NCBI GenBank assembly: GCA_951406725.2
Contig: OX597819.1
Location: 47,058,001-47,122,000 of the forward strand
Source of the DNA: Octopus vulgaris
Taxonomy: Eukaryota
Direction of reading: 5' to 3'
DNA length: 64,000 nucleotides
Shown here: in pieces, positions 12,850 to 27,755 of the stretch
Position numbering within the stretch: position 1 is the stretch's first letter
Layout: the number at the start of each line of letters is the position of its first letter
The notes under the pieces: model-generated
Database searches by the model: none
What the model was told of the DNA's origin: nothing
What the model saw: only the letters and a program-made list of their open reading frames with translations
Made by a program: the position numbers and the translations under genes

Positions 12850-13430
12850 GAAACTAAACTGTTGTCGAGGATGGACAACAGTTGATGTACGTCACAAATG
12901 ATAAGGCCGAAACAATGGATGTTAAATGAGACAATGCAGTCGGGCATTAGGTTGTCGGCTGAAAGGAAGGGAAGGCTCTGCGATGTAGAGGGTGGCGACG
13001 TCGAGACTGAAGGCGTTTTAGTATCTCGGGGTCGAGTTGATGAACTCCACAGAACTACTGACGTCTCTAGAAAAGGTTATGTGTATAGGCTTTAGATTCT
13101 GAAAGAGGAACCAGGAAATTCTGCATAGGAATCTTACTCCGTTAAATATGTGTCTATATTTGATCTTGGGTCCACGTTTATGTTTTAATGAGAACCAAAA
13201 TATGGGAATGTGAGAAGTCTGCCATTTCTAGTGATGAAGTTGATTTTATGCTAAGAAGTGAGTCTTCTATCTTCGGTGGTTGCAGGTATTGATCCGAGTG
13301 ATGTTGATTATATCCTCCATGAGGGTTCGCATGATATCTGTGACATTGATATATTCTTCGGTATTGTTAAGGTGTTCGAATGCTAAGTTGATGTATGTGT
13401 TCTGCTTCAAATGCCTATTTCTACATTTAA
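12850..13430 (-). mobile_element. Penelope-like element reverse transcriptase remnant
   Basis: Minus-strand motifs in order: YINLAFEHLNNTEEY, IPIFWFSLKHKRGPKIKYRHI and FSLDVATLY (12985-13011), matching the Penelope-type RT N-terminal half. Confidence 0.6.
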
Positions 13431-13874
13431 CGCCACTACCAACATCACTACTACTACTACTACTACTACTACTCCCAACACCCTTACAGCCGCCCCTATA
13501 ATACTACCACTTGTATAATCCACTCTATCCACGACTCATTAACCAATCACGCGACCTCAAACTTACTAGACTTAAAATCTTCATCAACATCTTACAGAAA
13601 CAAACCAATTCATCCTTGTCTTTCTAAATCCTAGCGCCTCACATTAAAAAAGGACCTTCAGAGCGAAAGACTTCATTTACCTCCCCTTCCTCTCCCATGG
13701 CAATATTTCTAGTTGTCGGAAGTGTACAGCCTGCGATCGTCCATCTACAAAAGACATATAAGTCTTCTTCAACATGTTGGCTAGAAATGGCAGCGCCAGA
13801 ATGAAAAATAGTAAGGGGAAGAAGTCCCTTTGGAATATTCCTCTTACAATAAAGATGAGGTTTTTTTATATTCT

Positions 13875-14040
13875 TTTATTCTTTTACTTGCTTCAGTCAA
13901 AGGGTTTTAGTCGAAGAAATCGACGTCAGGACTTATTCTGTGTAGGTATAGCACTTATTCTATCGGTCTCTTTTGGCGAAACGCTAAGTTATGGGGACAT
14001 AAAACACACCAGCATTGGCTGTCAAGCGATGGTGGGGATG

Positions 14041-14103
<63 letters not shown>

Positions 14104-14260
14104 GACAGACTTCTTTCATTTTCTGTCTACCAAATCTACTCACAAGGCTTCGGTCGGCCCGAGGCTATAATAGAAAACATTTTCCTAATGTGCCACGTAG
14201 TGGGACTGAACCTGGAAACATGTAGTTGGGAAGCAAGCTTCTTACCACACAGTCACGCCA
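13875..14260 (-). mobile_element. SINE family B with internal (CA)n(TA)n
   Basis: Homologous to 58606-59035. Confidence 0.85.
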
Positions 14261-14314
14261 TTTTTTTTTCTGTATCTTCAGAATCGTTTACCATATACTC
14301 ATTATATGGTTTGT

Positions 14315-14610
14315 TGAGGCACATGGCCTAATGGTTAGAGCAGCGGACTCGCGGTCGAGGGATCGCGGGTTCGAATCTCAGACCGGGCGATGTGTGTATT
14401 TATGGGCGAAACACCTTAGCTCCACGCGGCTCCGGCAGAAGGTAATGGCGAACTTCTACTGCCTCTTTCGCCACAGCTTTCTCTCATTCTTTCCTCCTGC
14501 ATCTTGCAGCTCACCTACGACGGACCAGCGTCCCGTCCAGGTGGAGAACCTATACGCCAAGGAAACTGGGAAACCGACCATTATGTGCCAGGCGTAGCTC
14601 GAGAAGGGAC
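14315..14610 (+). mobile_element. SINE family D
   Basis: TGGCCTAATGGTTAGAGCAGCGGACTCGCGG...GGTTCGAATCTC. Confidence 0.8.
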
Positions 14611-14959
14611 GTGTAACTGAGCTGCGTTATTCATGGTTAATATTTTCAGGAACCACCAATGGAGAACACTGTTAAAAGCTTTCTCATAATCAGCCAACAC
14701 CATACACAGGCCGTTCTTTTTCCTTTCACAGTCTTTCGTAAATGGTCTTTATAGTAAGATGATCCTGTGCAGCTGCCCTTCTGATCTTCAGAAAATAATT
14801 TTCTTCTTTCTTTTTTTGCAGATGTTAATTTATCGCCCTTCTAGGTTTATTGCAGTTAATTATTTATGAGTTGTAAGAAAGCAGGTGACGGGTCTGTAAT
14901 TTTTAGAGTCGATCGTTTCTTTCGTTTTGGTGATTCAAATGGTTTACTCTGAGTGAGCC

Positions 14960-15160
14960 AGTCAGGGCAAAATGCTTATCGTTATTTCGTCCATCTCTAC
15001 GTTCTGCGCTCAAATTCCGCTGAGGTCGACTTTGCCTTCCATCCTTTCGGGGTCGATAAAATAAGTACTAGTTGAACACTAGGGGCGATGTAATCGACTC
15101 ATCCCCTTCCTCAAGACTGTTGTTCTTGTGGCAAAATTTGAAACCATCATCATCATCATC

Positions 15161-15216
<56 letters not shown>

Positions 15217-15457
15217 CATCATCATCATCATCATCATCATCATTAAGGCGGTCTGATGGCATAATCATTAGCACGCTGGACGAAATGTTTAGCGACATTT
15301 CGTCTGCTGCTATGTTCTGAGTTCAAATTCCGCCGAGGTCGACTTTGCCTCTCATTCTTTTGGGGTTAGTAAATTAAGTACCAGTGAAACACTGGGCTCG
15401 ACGTAATCGACTTAACCCCTCCTCCAAAGTCCAGGCCTGGTGCCTGCAGTAGAAAGG

Positions 15458-15525
<68 letters not shown>

Positions 15526-15539
15526 CATTATTATTATTA

Positions 15540-15602
<63 letters not shown>

Positions 15603-15815
15603 GCGAACTGGCAGAATCGTTAGCACGCGGGACAAAATATTTATCAGTATTTCTTCCGGTTTTACGTCCTGAATTCAAGTGCCGCCGAGGTTGACTTGGC
15701 CTTTCTTCCTTTTTTTTGGAGTCGATAAAATAAGTACCAACTGAACATTGGGGGTCGATGAAATTGTCTTTTTAACTCCCATAAAATTTCAGGCCTTATG
15801 CTTCTAGTAGAAAGA
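14960..15815 (+). mobile_element. Three tandem SINE family A copies separated by (ATT)n/(CAT)n tracts
   Basis: Bodies near 15015, 15330 and 15683, each followed by a trinucleotide tract. Confidence 0.8.
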
Positions 15816-15835
15816 ATTATTATTATTGCTGTTGC

Positions 15836-15895
<60 letters not shown>

Positions 15896-16121
15896 TATTA
15901 TTATCATCCTCATTATCATCATCATCATTATTATTAGGAAAAATTCTAAGAAAGCACAGAAAATGTGCAAGTAGAAGGCGCATGAAGAAAAGAAGAATTG
16001 GTGCGCGCACATGTTTTTTCGAAATTTAAATCTATATATTTTTTTATTCATATCTGTTTTGTTTTACCTTGTTGTTTTTTTTCTTTTCTTTTTTTTTACC
16101 TTTCATCAATTTTATTACATT

Positions 16122-16164
<43 letters not shown>

Positions 16165-16367
16165 TTTGCACTAATCTAAACGATGTTATGGATGAATATT
16201 GGTGTTGAATGAGAATGAAAATGAAAATGAAAATAAGAATTGCGATATGCGGTGTGTGATGGGGTGGCTTAGGGACGACTATTATGATAATGATGATGCT
16301 GGTGGTGGTGGCGATAGTGACTGGTAGTATGGGGCGGATGATGATGAAGAGATACTTTTTTTAAAAA

Positions 16368-16446
<79 letters not shown>

Positions 16447-16639
16447 TAAATAAAGCTTAGTTATAGACTCATTTTTATTTTCAGTCGCCAAAATATCTCC
16501 AGATATCAGCTGCTTTCCCTCTTTTCTTCAAGTCGTTATCTTCTATTTACCAAAAAGGAAACATGGCAACAATTGACTTTATAAACAGACGTCGCTGCAA
16601 CTTTAATGCATCATCATATATGTCATCTACTTCAATATC

Positions 16640-16764
16640 TTAAACATCATCATCATCATCATCGTCGTCGTCGTCATCATCGACACAACAACAACAACTG
16701 CTACAAGATCTTCGGTATCATCACCATCATCGTCACCGTCGTCGTCGTCGTCGTCATCATCATT

Positions 16765-16830
<66 letters not shown>

Positions 16831-17093
16831 GTCGTCGTCATCAGTACCACTATCATCCTCATCGACGCTGTCGCTGTCGCCGCCGCCGCCGCCGTCGTCG
16901 TCGTCGTCGACATGATTCAGCATCAGCATCGTCGTCGTCGTCGTCATAATCATCGTCATCATCGTTATTGTTATCTTTAAATTCAGCAACAGCAGCAGCA
17001 GCAGCACTAACAGCAGCAGCAACAGCGGTAGCAGCAGCAATAGCAGCAACGCAATAACATCATCATCGTAATCCTCGATACCATCGTCGTTGC

Positions 17094-17162
<69 letters not shown>

Positions 17163-17345
17163 TGTCATCATCATAGTCGTCGCTGCCATTCTCCTCACCG
17201 CGTTCCTAATCTCGTGATCGTCATGAATATCATATTTTTGTTATTTTTGTTATTATTACCATCATCATCACCAATATTATTATTATTATTATTATTATTA
17301 TTATCATTATTATTATTATTATTATTATTGTTATTATTATTATTA

Positions 17346-17412
<67 letters not shown>

Positions 17413-17470
17413 CAATGATGTTGTTGATGATATAGTTACTGTTGTTAATGTTGTTGTTGTTGTTGTTGTT
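16640..17470. repeat. (CAT)n/(CGT)n/(CAG)n/(TTA)n trinucleotide mosaic
   Basis: Read directly. Confidence 0.95.
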
Positions 17471-17987
17471 GTTAATGCTAACTGCAACATTCCTATTCGC
17501 CACGACCACACACCCATCCATCGCCTTGCATCGCCACCGCCCACACCAACTACCATCGCCAATGGTTTTACAAGTAGAAAGCCATGCATCACATTTATAA
17601 GTTGGAGAATGCTTTACGTTCCATTTTAGTTCAATAGTAATTTAGAAGACGAATTTTTCGAAGAAAAAAAAATAAATAAAATGAATAAATAAATTCATAT
17701 TTTTATAAAATATTTTTTTTAAAAAAAGAAGGCGAAAGAAGGACAGAAAAAAAAAGAAAGATATGGTTATTTCGGGAGGTTTTTTTTATATTATATTTAT
17801 TTTTATTTTTTTCACTTTGTCTTCTTTCTTTCCCTGTTTTTCTCCCGCCCACCCCTCTCTCCACCCTTTCCACATGCTTCAATATTTTTACACTTCAGAA
17901 TTTTAGCCATTTCACTGAATTGTTCGGTCGATCTTCTATTACGTTAGTTGTTGTTGATATTGCTGTTGTTGTTGTTGTTGTTGTAAC

Positions 17988-18029
<42 letters not shown>

Positions 18030-18699
18030 TACTACTATCATCATCATCATCATCATCATCGGCATCATTCTTTATGAATATCATCCCCATCAGCATCATT
18101 TTTCTGAATACCATCCTCATCTTCATCGTCGTCACAATCATCATCCTTTCTAACACTTTTTTTTTTCTTTTTTGTCTTTTTTTACCTTTTCAGCAAGAAA
18201 CCAGTTGAAAAATCTGTCTTTTTTTAAAGGGTTTTTTTTTTTTATTTCTCGTTTTATATTTATTTCATTTTATTTCTTTCCCCCAATTTTTATCCTCCAT
18301 TTTTCTCATATCTTTATATGTTTTTCTTTTTCCTTTTTCCTCTGCTGTCTATTATTTCTTTTTCTTTCTTTTTTTTGTGCTTTTTTAATTTTTGTCATTT
18401 TGAGCGAAAAAGAGAGATACATCGGAAGATAAAGTATGAAACTGCTGCCAAAATCATTGGTGGAAGTTTTATAAAAGTTATATAAGCTGTCAGAGTGTAA
18501 TATGTTTAATAGTACCATAACGAGTTGTAATAGCCAATATGTAATGGTGAATCTATCAAATTGTAGGGACACCAATAGGTAAGACGAGTTCGGTTGTCGC
18601 GAAACCACTATTATCTTACACAAGAGGGAGTTTATTAACAATATTATCAATATTACTGTTGTTCCTATTGTTGCTGTTGTAATAGTTGTTGTTGCTGTT

Positions 18700-18732
<33 letters not shown>

Positions 18733-18982
18733 GTCGTTGTCTTCGGTATTGTCGTTATTATCATATTGTATTATAACTACATAACAGATGTAGTTAAAAT
18801 ATTGGGTGCGCTCCAGATTTCTTCAGATTGTCCTTGATTCAATCATTTTGAATATTAGTAATTAGTAAAGTCCTTTTTCTTTTCATATTTTTTCTTCATT
18901 TTTTTACTTTCATTTTGTTTTATTTCTTTATTTATTTATTTGCAAATATAAACTTCGTACACTGTGTGAACATGTATGGTTT

Positions 18983-19060
<78 letters not shown>

Positions 19061-19073
19061 TAATATATATGCA

Positions 19074-19128
<55 letters not shown>

Positions 19129-19352
19129 CATATATACACATATATACATAAATGCATATGCAAGTTTGTGTATATATATATATACAGAGAGAGAGAAAGA
19201 GAGAGAGCGAGAGAGAGGGAGACATGTAACGACAGAAATATTGTTGGCTGAAGTAGAGATCTTTAGTTTGGGAACTTTTTTCTAAAGACCAATCTTGCAT
19301 TACTGACCGTATTACAAAACACACACACATACACACACATGCAGGCACACGC

Positions 19353-19427
<75 letters not shown>

Positions 19428-20139
19428 AAGTTTGTATGTACGTATGTATGTATTGTAGTGTGTATGGGTGTTCCTGATTATACAATTGAACATGTTTATA
19501 ACAGTGTCGTTTATAATATAGTACTTAACTTATCCAGCTATACTGAAAAATCCACTCAAGTCAAAAAGAAGACTAAATCACTTCTTAAAGACAGGGCAAT
19601 ATTTTAATACATTCTAGAGTCACTTTTTCTCGCTGGTTGCTTTTCTTTTTGGCTTTATTTATTTAGTTTGTTTTTTTTTTGTTGTCGGGGGTAGTGAATT
19701 GTGATTGAGAGCACTACATGTATTGATAAACTGTGTGCTGAGTTTAAACTTCGTTGTGTATGTTTTATTAAACATTGTTATATAAGATATTCATCTAAAA
19801 ATAACTTCATATTAGTACTGTCAGACTACGAAAATTCTTCTTCGTCATGATATTATACGTTATAAGCAACCACACCAATTTAAGACACAAACAAGAACCG
19901 CGTTTCTATCGCGGTTACAAGACTACCGCTGTATCAATTATGCTACAGAACACCTACCATACAGTCTACAAAATTTGATAGTGTAATCACTATAACCGAC
20001 AGCATGATCAACTAATAAGTGGTTGATACATGTTTCGAATCGTACTTGTGAAACTGGTTGTCTTTTCTATCACAAATTGCCAATTATGTCTACTAGGTTT
20101 GCTGATGCAAACAGGAAAATAGAACTTAAAGCAGGAATG

Positions 20140-20196
<57 letters not shown>

Positions 20197-20592
20197 ATGC
20201 AAATATATATACATATATATATATACATATATGTATATATATATGTATGTATATGTATGTATGTCTATATATATATACATATGTATATATATATACACAC
20301 ACACATATATATATGTGTGTGTGTGTGTGTGTGTATACGTATGTATATACATATATATATATATATGTATACATACATACATACATACATACATACATGA
20401 AAATACAAAAATGAGACAAGAACGCAAAATATCCAGACAGACGATACAAAGAAAACAGGGACGGGTCATTCGGAGTTTTCTATCCTCAGTCGAGTTCCAG
20501 ATCATCTTTGCAATTTCGGCTGGTTATACTCCAATCTGGCCAGCCCCAAGGAAAAACTAAACTAAGAGCATGAGATTGCTTGGAAGGAAGCA

Positions 20593-20655
<63 letters not shown>

Positions 20656-20714
20656 GAGGGAATATTATTCCAAACTTACAGGGAAATTGATAAAAGGTGG
20701 GTTTTTTTCTAATT

Positions 20715-20745
<31 letters not shown>

Positions 20746-20791
20746 AAATATATATATATAGGGAACTGTGATTGAGAGCACTACATGTATA

Positions 20792-21170
20792 TGCGCAGTC
20801 GTGGCTGTGTGGTAAGAAGCTTGCTTCCCAACCACATGGTTTCGGGTTCAATCCCACTGTAGGGCACCTTGGGCAAATGTCTTCTACCATAGCCTCGGGT
20901 CGACCAAAGCCTTGTGAGTGGATTTGGTAGACGAAAACTGAGAAAAAGTCCGTCGTATATGTGTGTGTGTGTGCTTATACCCCCAGCATTGCTTGACAAC
21001 CGATGTTGGTGTGTTTACGTCCCCATAACTTAGCAGGTCGACACAAGTGATCGATGCAATAATTACTAGGCTTACAAAGAATAAGTCCTGGGGTCGATCT
21101 GTTCGCCTAAAGGCGATGCTCCAGCATGGCCGCAGTCAAATGACTGAAACATGTAAAACAATAAAAGAAT
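20792..21170 (+). mobile_element. SINE family B (CORE-like)
   Basis: tRNA-like head, CACCTTGGGCAAATGTCTTCTAC, tail CCAGCATGGCCGCAGTCAAATGACTGAAAC. Confidence 0.9.
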
Positions 21171-21390
21171 ATATAAATATATACAGTATATGTATGTATA
21201 TAAGTCAGTAAGTAAGTATGTATGTATGTATGTATGTATGTATGTATGTATGTATGTATGTATGTATGTATGTATGTTTGTATGTATGTACTTGGTAAGT
21301 ACCTCTGCGCGAGACTCCCTGTCCTTCAGTCACTTTATAATTTCTGACGGTTAAATGAAAAGAAATTACTAATATAAATTTGTAATAAGG

Positions 21391-21600
21391 AGGCGATCTG
21401 GCAGACTCGTTAGCATGCCAGACAAAATGCTTAGCAGCATTTCGTCCGTCTTAACGTTCTGAGTTCAAATTCCGCTGAGGTCGTCTTTGCCTTTCATTCT
21501 TTCGGGGTCGATAAAATAAGTACCAGTTGAGCACTGGGGCCGATCTAATTAGCTGACCCACTACCCTAAAACTGCTGGCCTTGTGCAAAAATTTGAAACC
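21391..21600 (+). mobile_element. SINE family A
   Basis: Complete head, body and tail. Confidence 0.85.
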
Positions 21601-21639
21601 AACATAAATTTGTAATAAAATCAAAACAATTTATTATTG

Positions 21640-21671
<32 letters not shown>

Positions 21672-21682
21672 GGTGGTGGTGG

Positions 21683-21719
<37 letters not shown>

Positions 21720-21720
<1 letters not shown>

Positions 21721-21940
21721 TTGATGCCCCTAAGTTATACCTGACTGAACAGATCTATAATCAATGATTGACATTCCAGTCGTAACTACCGTTTTTTTTT
21801 TTAGAAATATATATACTACTGCATTATTCAATGTCTTTTCGTTAATTTAAGACAGTGGTGGGAGAATGAGATTTCAGCGAAATTTAGTTGCTATTTCTAG
21901 CAGATCCTAAGACCACGTAAAAACCAACTTTCGATGGCTC
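21720..21940 (+). repeat. Old dispersed repeat, family E (unclassified)
   Basis: Motifs CTGA..GA.CAGA.CTATAATCAA and GCTATTTCTAGCAG recur near 4940, 5610, 22460(-), 22700(-), 32490, 55470(-), 56920 and 60400(-). Confidence 0.55.
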
Positions 21941-23754
21941 AGTCGACTGTACAATCCGTTACTTACAATGGGGATTTGTTTCTACGCTTGTTGGTACCTA
22001 TTTACATCTAAGTGGACTGAGCTACTTCGGAGCTAGCTGTCTTAACCATACGCAAATCGGTTCCGGGATACGAACCACGTGTTCTTTGGTTAACTGCAAA
22101 AAAAACATTCTTACTTGTTTCGTTAGTTTATCTTCGTAAATATGCTTTTCCTTCTTTTCTCTCTTCTATTTTCCCGCTGTCTTCTGTTTTCATTCTTTCC
22201 TTCCTTCTTTCTGTTTTTTTTTTTCATTATTCTTTATTTTATGCTTCAGTTTTCTACCTTCTTCCTCCCCCCCACGCCGCTCTTTGCTTTCATCATAATC
22301 AATTGGAACCAGTGACATTTCCACCAACAGCCCGCCCGCCCACCCCCACCTCTTCCATGAGCAACTTAACGGAATGAAGTAGATGGCGTTGATTTTCTGA
22401 GTGTTTTACTTTCGTGTTTAACAAGTTGTCTAAACAAGCCGACGAGGGGCCTCTACACAGCAGCTCGTTGTGTTAGAAATAGCAGCCAAATTTCACTCAA
22501 ATCACATCTTAATCTTTTAGATAACGATACATCGACCAAAATAGTTTCTGGTATACAAAAAGAACAGTGTGACCATGGTCATTTAATACCTTTGAGCATG
22601 CTTCTACTGGATTAGTTCTAACCTAGGTCTACAAAACAACAACAATAACAATAACAATAATATCAAGAGCATGTATTCTATATGAGTTGATAGAAGAGCG
22701 TTGACTCGGTCGCTCGATCTACTAAATGTAGCAGCCAAATCTCCCACAAATAACACTCTGCCATCATAAAAAAGGAAGGATTTATTGACCGTTGTAATCC
22801 TAGGTATACAAAAGAATGCAAAGCGTCGAAACATTATCCAACGACATAGTGGCAATAGTTAGATGTGTTTGAACCGTGATCGTAAGGTCGCACGTTCAAT
22901 TCCTTGTCCGAGCATCGTGTTATGTGCTTCAGCAAGGCACTTCATTATAAATTGTTCCAGTCTACTCAGTTGTAATTAGTACCAGCCAAGATGATATTTC
23001 AGCCCTCTCGTTCTCTCTCACTGCCTCTTTCTCACTCTCTCTCTCTCTCTCTTCCTTCTTTCTCTCCTACTCCAGCCCGTCTCCTCCCCCCACTCTCTCC
23101 TGCAACTCACATCCTGGATGATCCACTAAGTCAAGGTTGGAAGACCCGAGAGCGTTCTCTGTCTGATGGCAGTTGCAGAGGTACTAAAACCACTTAACGT
23201 AAGTATTGTGCACATTACTATGTCACACTCCCTTATTGTTGTTATTGGTCGTACAGTATTTCTATTTAATAACACGCTAAATGATATAGAGAATGCAACC
23301 AAGAGAAAGCAGTTGACAGCTAACAAAGCGTCGTGCGGAGAGAAGTATAGAGTAGAGGACTGAACCAGCAACGTACTGAGCGAGACAGTAGGTGGACCCG
23401 ATCAGGTTTCCGAACCACACCCTTGGAGAGGGACGCAAGACATTCAAAGTAATACCAACTGGTGAATAGAAATGTGCAGTACACAAATGGCTGGAATATC
23501 AATGAGATCTAGTGTACTGCTGATCAACCGGTGACGGTAGTGAGAGGGACTTCTCTGATGATGCTGAACTAATGGAGACCTAGACAACCCAAAAATGACG
23601 AAATGGTCTCAGCTGTTCAACCAAAGAAGACTTTGGGCTGAACAACAACAATAAAAAATACAATAACATATAAAAGCACAATTAAGTGAAACAATTAAAT
23701 CGTGTTAGAGTCATACTGGCCACTAAAAGAACATATGCACAGCTATTTGTTATC

Positions 23755-23945
23755 TTTTATCTTTTATTTGTTTCAGTCATTATACTGCATCCATGCTGGA
23801 GCATCACCTTGAAATTTTAGTCGAATGAATCAACCCTAGTATTAATTATATTTTTTAAGCCTGATACTTATTTTATCGTTCTCTTTTGTCGAACAACTAA
23901 GTTACAGGGGACGAAAACGCACCAACACAGGTTGTCAAGCGGTAG
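23755..23945 (-). mobile_element. SINE family B 3' half
   Basis: TTGTTTCAGTCATT...CCATGCTGGAGCA...GGTTGTCAAGCGG. Confidence 0.8.
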
Positions 23946-23949
23946 TGCT

Positions 23950-24155
23950 TTCTACCAGATATTCACTCTACAGCAAATCTTTGAGAAATCGAGGGAATAT
24001 TGCCAAGAATATTACTTTTTAGATCTCGATCTGTGCCGTGGAACCTGTTGTGGAAAGTTTGCAAAGATTTGAAATTAAGGAGCAACTTCTGTTTGTCTTG
24101 AAGTTCTTATACGAATGTCCAGATGTTTGCGTTCGGGTAAATGGGGTTGTTTCAA
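23950..24155 (+). mobile_element. RTE-clade LINE reverse transcriptase fragment
   Basis: YQIFTLQQIFEKSREYCQEYYFLDL, VPWNLLWKV and EQLLFVLKFLYECPDVCVRVNGVVS across frameshifts. Confidence 0.7.
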
Positions 24156-25849
24156 TTAATATAATTTGCCAACTCAGCGACGGTTAAAATCGCTGGTAAT
24201 AAATTCTAGCATAGAAAACAGATGCAGCTAGTGACTCAGTAATATTACAGAACTAATGGCCGAAAATGTCTCTAATATTCAAATCCGTTTATTTGTAAAA
24301 CAATTTCGCAATGGCTGTAAAATATAGGATATTCTATTGCTGGTAGAGGTAAAATGAACCAAAAATGATACCTTTCAGTCGATCCCTTTGTTATTCTCCA
24401 CAGTGAAGTTGTGTAATAAACAGGACATTTGGACATGAAACCAATAAGTTTAATTAATTTATGAACGCAGTGAAGGTCAAAATCATTCGGTATTTTCCTT
24501 AGTAAGATCTATTATAAGAGATCATTATTATCCTTAGTTAAGAAACCAAAAGTTTTAGTTCAGATACAGTCTGAGACCGTGATATGTTTCGGGGAATAAG
24601 ACAACTGATGACGATCATAGACGAAATCTCTTAGATATAACTATTTCATATGGAGATCCTGTGTATAAAAGTAACTCACCGCAAATTTTAAAACATTTAA
24701 CTCGAATACTCAGAATTATGTCATTCGGTGATATTAATGTTAGCAAAACTGCAGGTGACTAAGAGGGTATAGTATTCAACAAGATTTAAGGAGTAAGTGG
24801 TATGTGACCAGTCCATTGCATTTCGCTCTGCCGGTAGTCAAGACACTGTACTCACAACCAAGTGTTGTGTAGGAGGTAGGTACATTTTGTTTGCTGTAAT
24901 CTATGTAACTTACTGGTCTGCTCCTTATCCATTTAACCCATGCATCCAACTCGAGCCTTTCACTTGTTCCAGTCACTTCTCCAATACTTGTCCATTCCTC
25001 TTGAACATCGCCGATCTTACTGGAATTTACAACTTCTCGTTCCATATCTCAGCCACTTTCTCCTACTCTTTCAAGATCATCGTTTACTGCATTAAATGCC
25101 AACTATGTGTATTGCTTTAGGTAGGCTAATCGAATCAGATATTACAAATTTACCGAACATCTTAGAGACATCTGACTAAACAACTCTAGATTATCCATCA
25201 CCCTTCATGTATGCTCAGCTGACCATAACTCTCAGCACCTTTCCTGTTTTGGGTCTTGGTTTACACAGCAGTTTCTTCCATCAGCCGCGTCTGATGCATC
25301 TTCCAACACGAAAGACTCAATACCAATGGTTAAATTATTGACTCGATTTTTTGTAGCTGCATACATCCATACAAACGTATACACACTAACCGCACCCATA
25401 TGCATACCATAACTCACATACAAACACACACACACAGCATAACACAATATTCACACATACATTACATACTCGTTACACGTAAACAAATACTACCACACTG
25501 AGAACATATACACATGTACTAAACACATATATTCCCACACAACGGTATACACATACAGAAAGTCGCTTATCCTTATCTCCGTTGAAAATTACACTATTAA
25601 CTGTAAAACTCTATTGTCAGAAGTATCATTTCTACATAATCCGAAGGAAGTTTTATTCCATAGACACGATGCTTCTGTCGAAAAGCGATAAAGTAGCCTA
25701 CGGTTTATTGCTTTTGTTCATTATACACTCTCTGATGATTTGCTGAGGTGATCTGATTGTAGGTAAACTTTGCATAGCAGACATTTTCATTAATGAAATA
25801 CGTGTAAGGGCGTAATTGAATAAACATGAAAACTTGTCTCCAATTTTGT

Positions 25850-26060
25850 CTTTGTGTCTGTGTTTGTCCCTCGCCACAGCTTAACAACCGGTGCTGGGGT
25901 ATTCACGTCCCCGTAACTTAGCGGTTCGGCAACGAGACCAACAATAAGTACCAGACTCAAAAAAAGTACTGGCATCGATTTAATCGATTAAAGTTCTTCA
26001 AAGCGGTGCTCCAGCATGGCCGCAGTCTAATGACTGAAACAAGTAAAGGATAAAAGATAA
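25850..26060 (+). mobile_element. SINE family B 3' half
   Basis: CACGTCCCCGTAACTTAGCGGTTCGGC...ATGACTGAAACAAGTAAA. Confidence 0.85.
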
Positions 26061-26193
26061 AAAGTTATAAAGATATATATACGTGTATTATGTACGTATG
26101 TATGTGTGTTTATATGTGTATATGTAGACATATATACATACGCACATATATAATGTGTAGATGTATTTGTGTGTATGTGTTTGTGTTTGCGTA

Positions 26194-26253
<60 letters not shown>

Positions 26254-26472
26254 TATGTGTGAAATGGCCCTTTGTTGCCAATTAGTAATTAATTTGTCAA
26301 CAGTACTGTATTTCTAATTAACTCGGTATTCTACCGAGTAAAGTGTGAATATGCTTAGAGCTATCGCGCTCTTATCCCCTCATTGACTCCCCCCCCCCCC
26401 CCGTCTCTATTTCCGTTCACCCGCATTCTGTCTCCCTCTCACTCACTCTCTTCCTTTCTCTCTCTTTCTCTC

Positions 26473-26510
<38 letters not shown>

Positions 26511-27202
26511 CTTTCTGTTCCGTGTAAGTGTAGATTCGTGTGTAAAATTGCATAAACTGTGTAACTAGAGGCCAAGAGAATTTCATACGCACATATGTCA
26601 TGTATGTGAGTAACGTGAATGTGTGTATGTATGCATGTATATATAGATATACATACATAAACGCATGTATGTATGTATAAATGTATGTGTATGTACGTAT
26701 GTTTATGTATGCATGTATGAGCGTGTGTTTATGTATGTATGCACACATATAACTTTTTAAGTTCTTTTTAGGGAGATTAAGGAGACAATCTGTGGCCGTG
26801 TCCAGCACTGACCCTCAGGGAAGATATAATTGATGTGGTGTGGGGTGGGGGAAGTGGAGCGGTTAATGTTTTGTTTGTTTTTAGTTTGCTTTTTTTTTCA
26901 TTCTGTATTTGTTGTTGTTGTTTTATTACAAATGAGTTTGCTCATTCATTGGTGTGATTTTGAGTGGATATTATATGGTTGACGTATAGGTTATTGTTGT
27001 TGTTGTTGTTGTGTTTGTTGTTGTTGTGTAGCTCCGGGTGAACCCTTGTTGGACAGACATGATCAAAGGCTGTCCAACAATGACCATCCCATATTTTTTT
27101 AGCGCATGTGTGTATGCATTTATGTTTGTGTTTGTGTATATATATATATACACGCATACATATGTGCTTGTGTATGTATATATATATAAACATATATCTA
27201 TG

Positions 27203-27241
<39 letters not shown>

Positions 27242-27276
27242 GTATTTATATGCACACAAATTCATACATACATATG

Positions 27277-27323
<47 letters not shown>

Positions 27324-27326
<3 letters not shown>

Positions 27327-27755
27327 CGCAAGAGTAGCTGTGTGGTAAGTAGCTTGCTTACCAACCACATGGTTCGAGGTTCAGTCCTTGGGTAAGTGTC
27401 TTCTACTATAGCCTCGGGCCGACCAAAGCCTTGTGAGTGGGTTTGGTAGACGGAAACTGAATGAAGCCCGTCGTATATATGTATATATATATATGTATGT
27501 GTGTGTATATTTTTGTGTGTCTGTGCTTGTCATACATATGTACGTTTGTGTGTGTGTGTAAGTGTGTGTGTGTGTGTCGTTGTGCCTGTGTTTGTCACCC
27601 ACCACCGCTTGACAACCGGTGTTGATCTGTTTCTACCCCGGTTCAGCAAAAGGGACCAATAGAATAAGTTCCAGGCTCACTCGACTAAAAAAAAACTTCA
27701 AGACGAGCCCCAGCATGGCCGCAGTCTAATGACTGAAACAAATAAAAGATGAACG
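27324..27755 (+). mobile_element. SINE family B
   Basis: Head, internal microsatellite and tail. Confidence 0.85.

Noticed and set aside
24605-24635. CTGATGA...GAAA motif
   Set aside because: No convincing stem I or stem III.
23250-25330. Further LINE remnants at 23250-23560(+) and 24770-25330(-)
   Set aside because: Only vague RTE-like residues; too decayed to call without a profile search.
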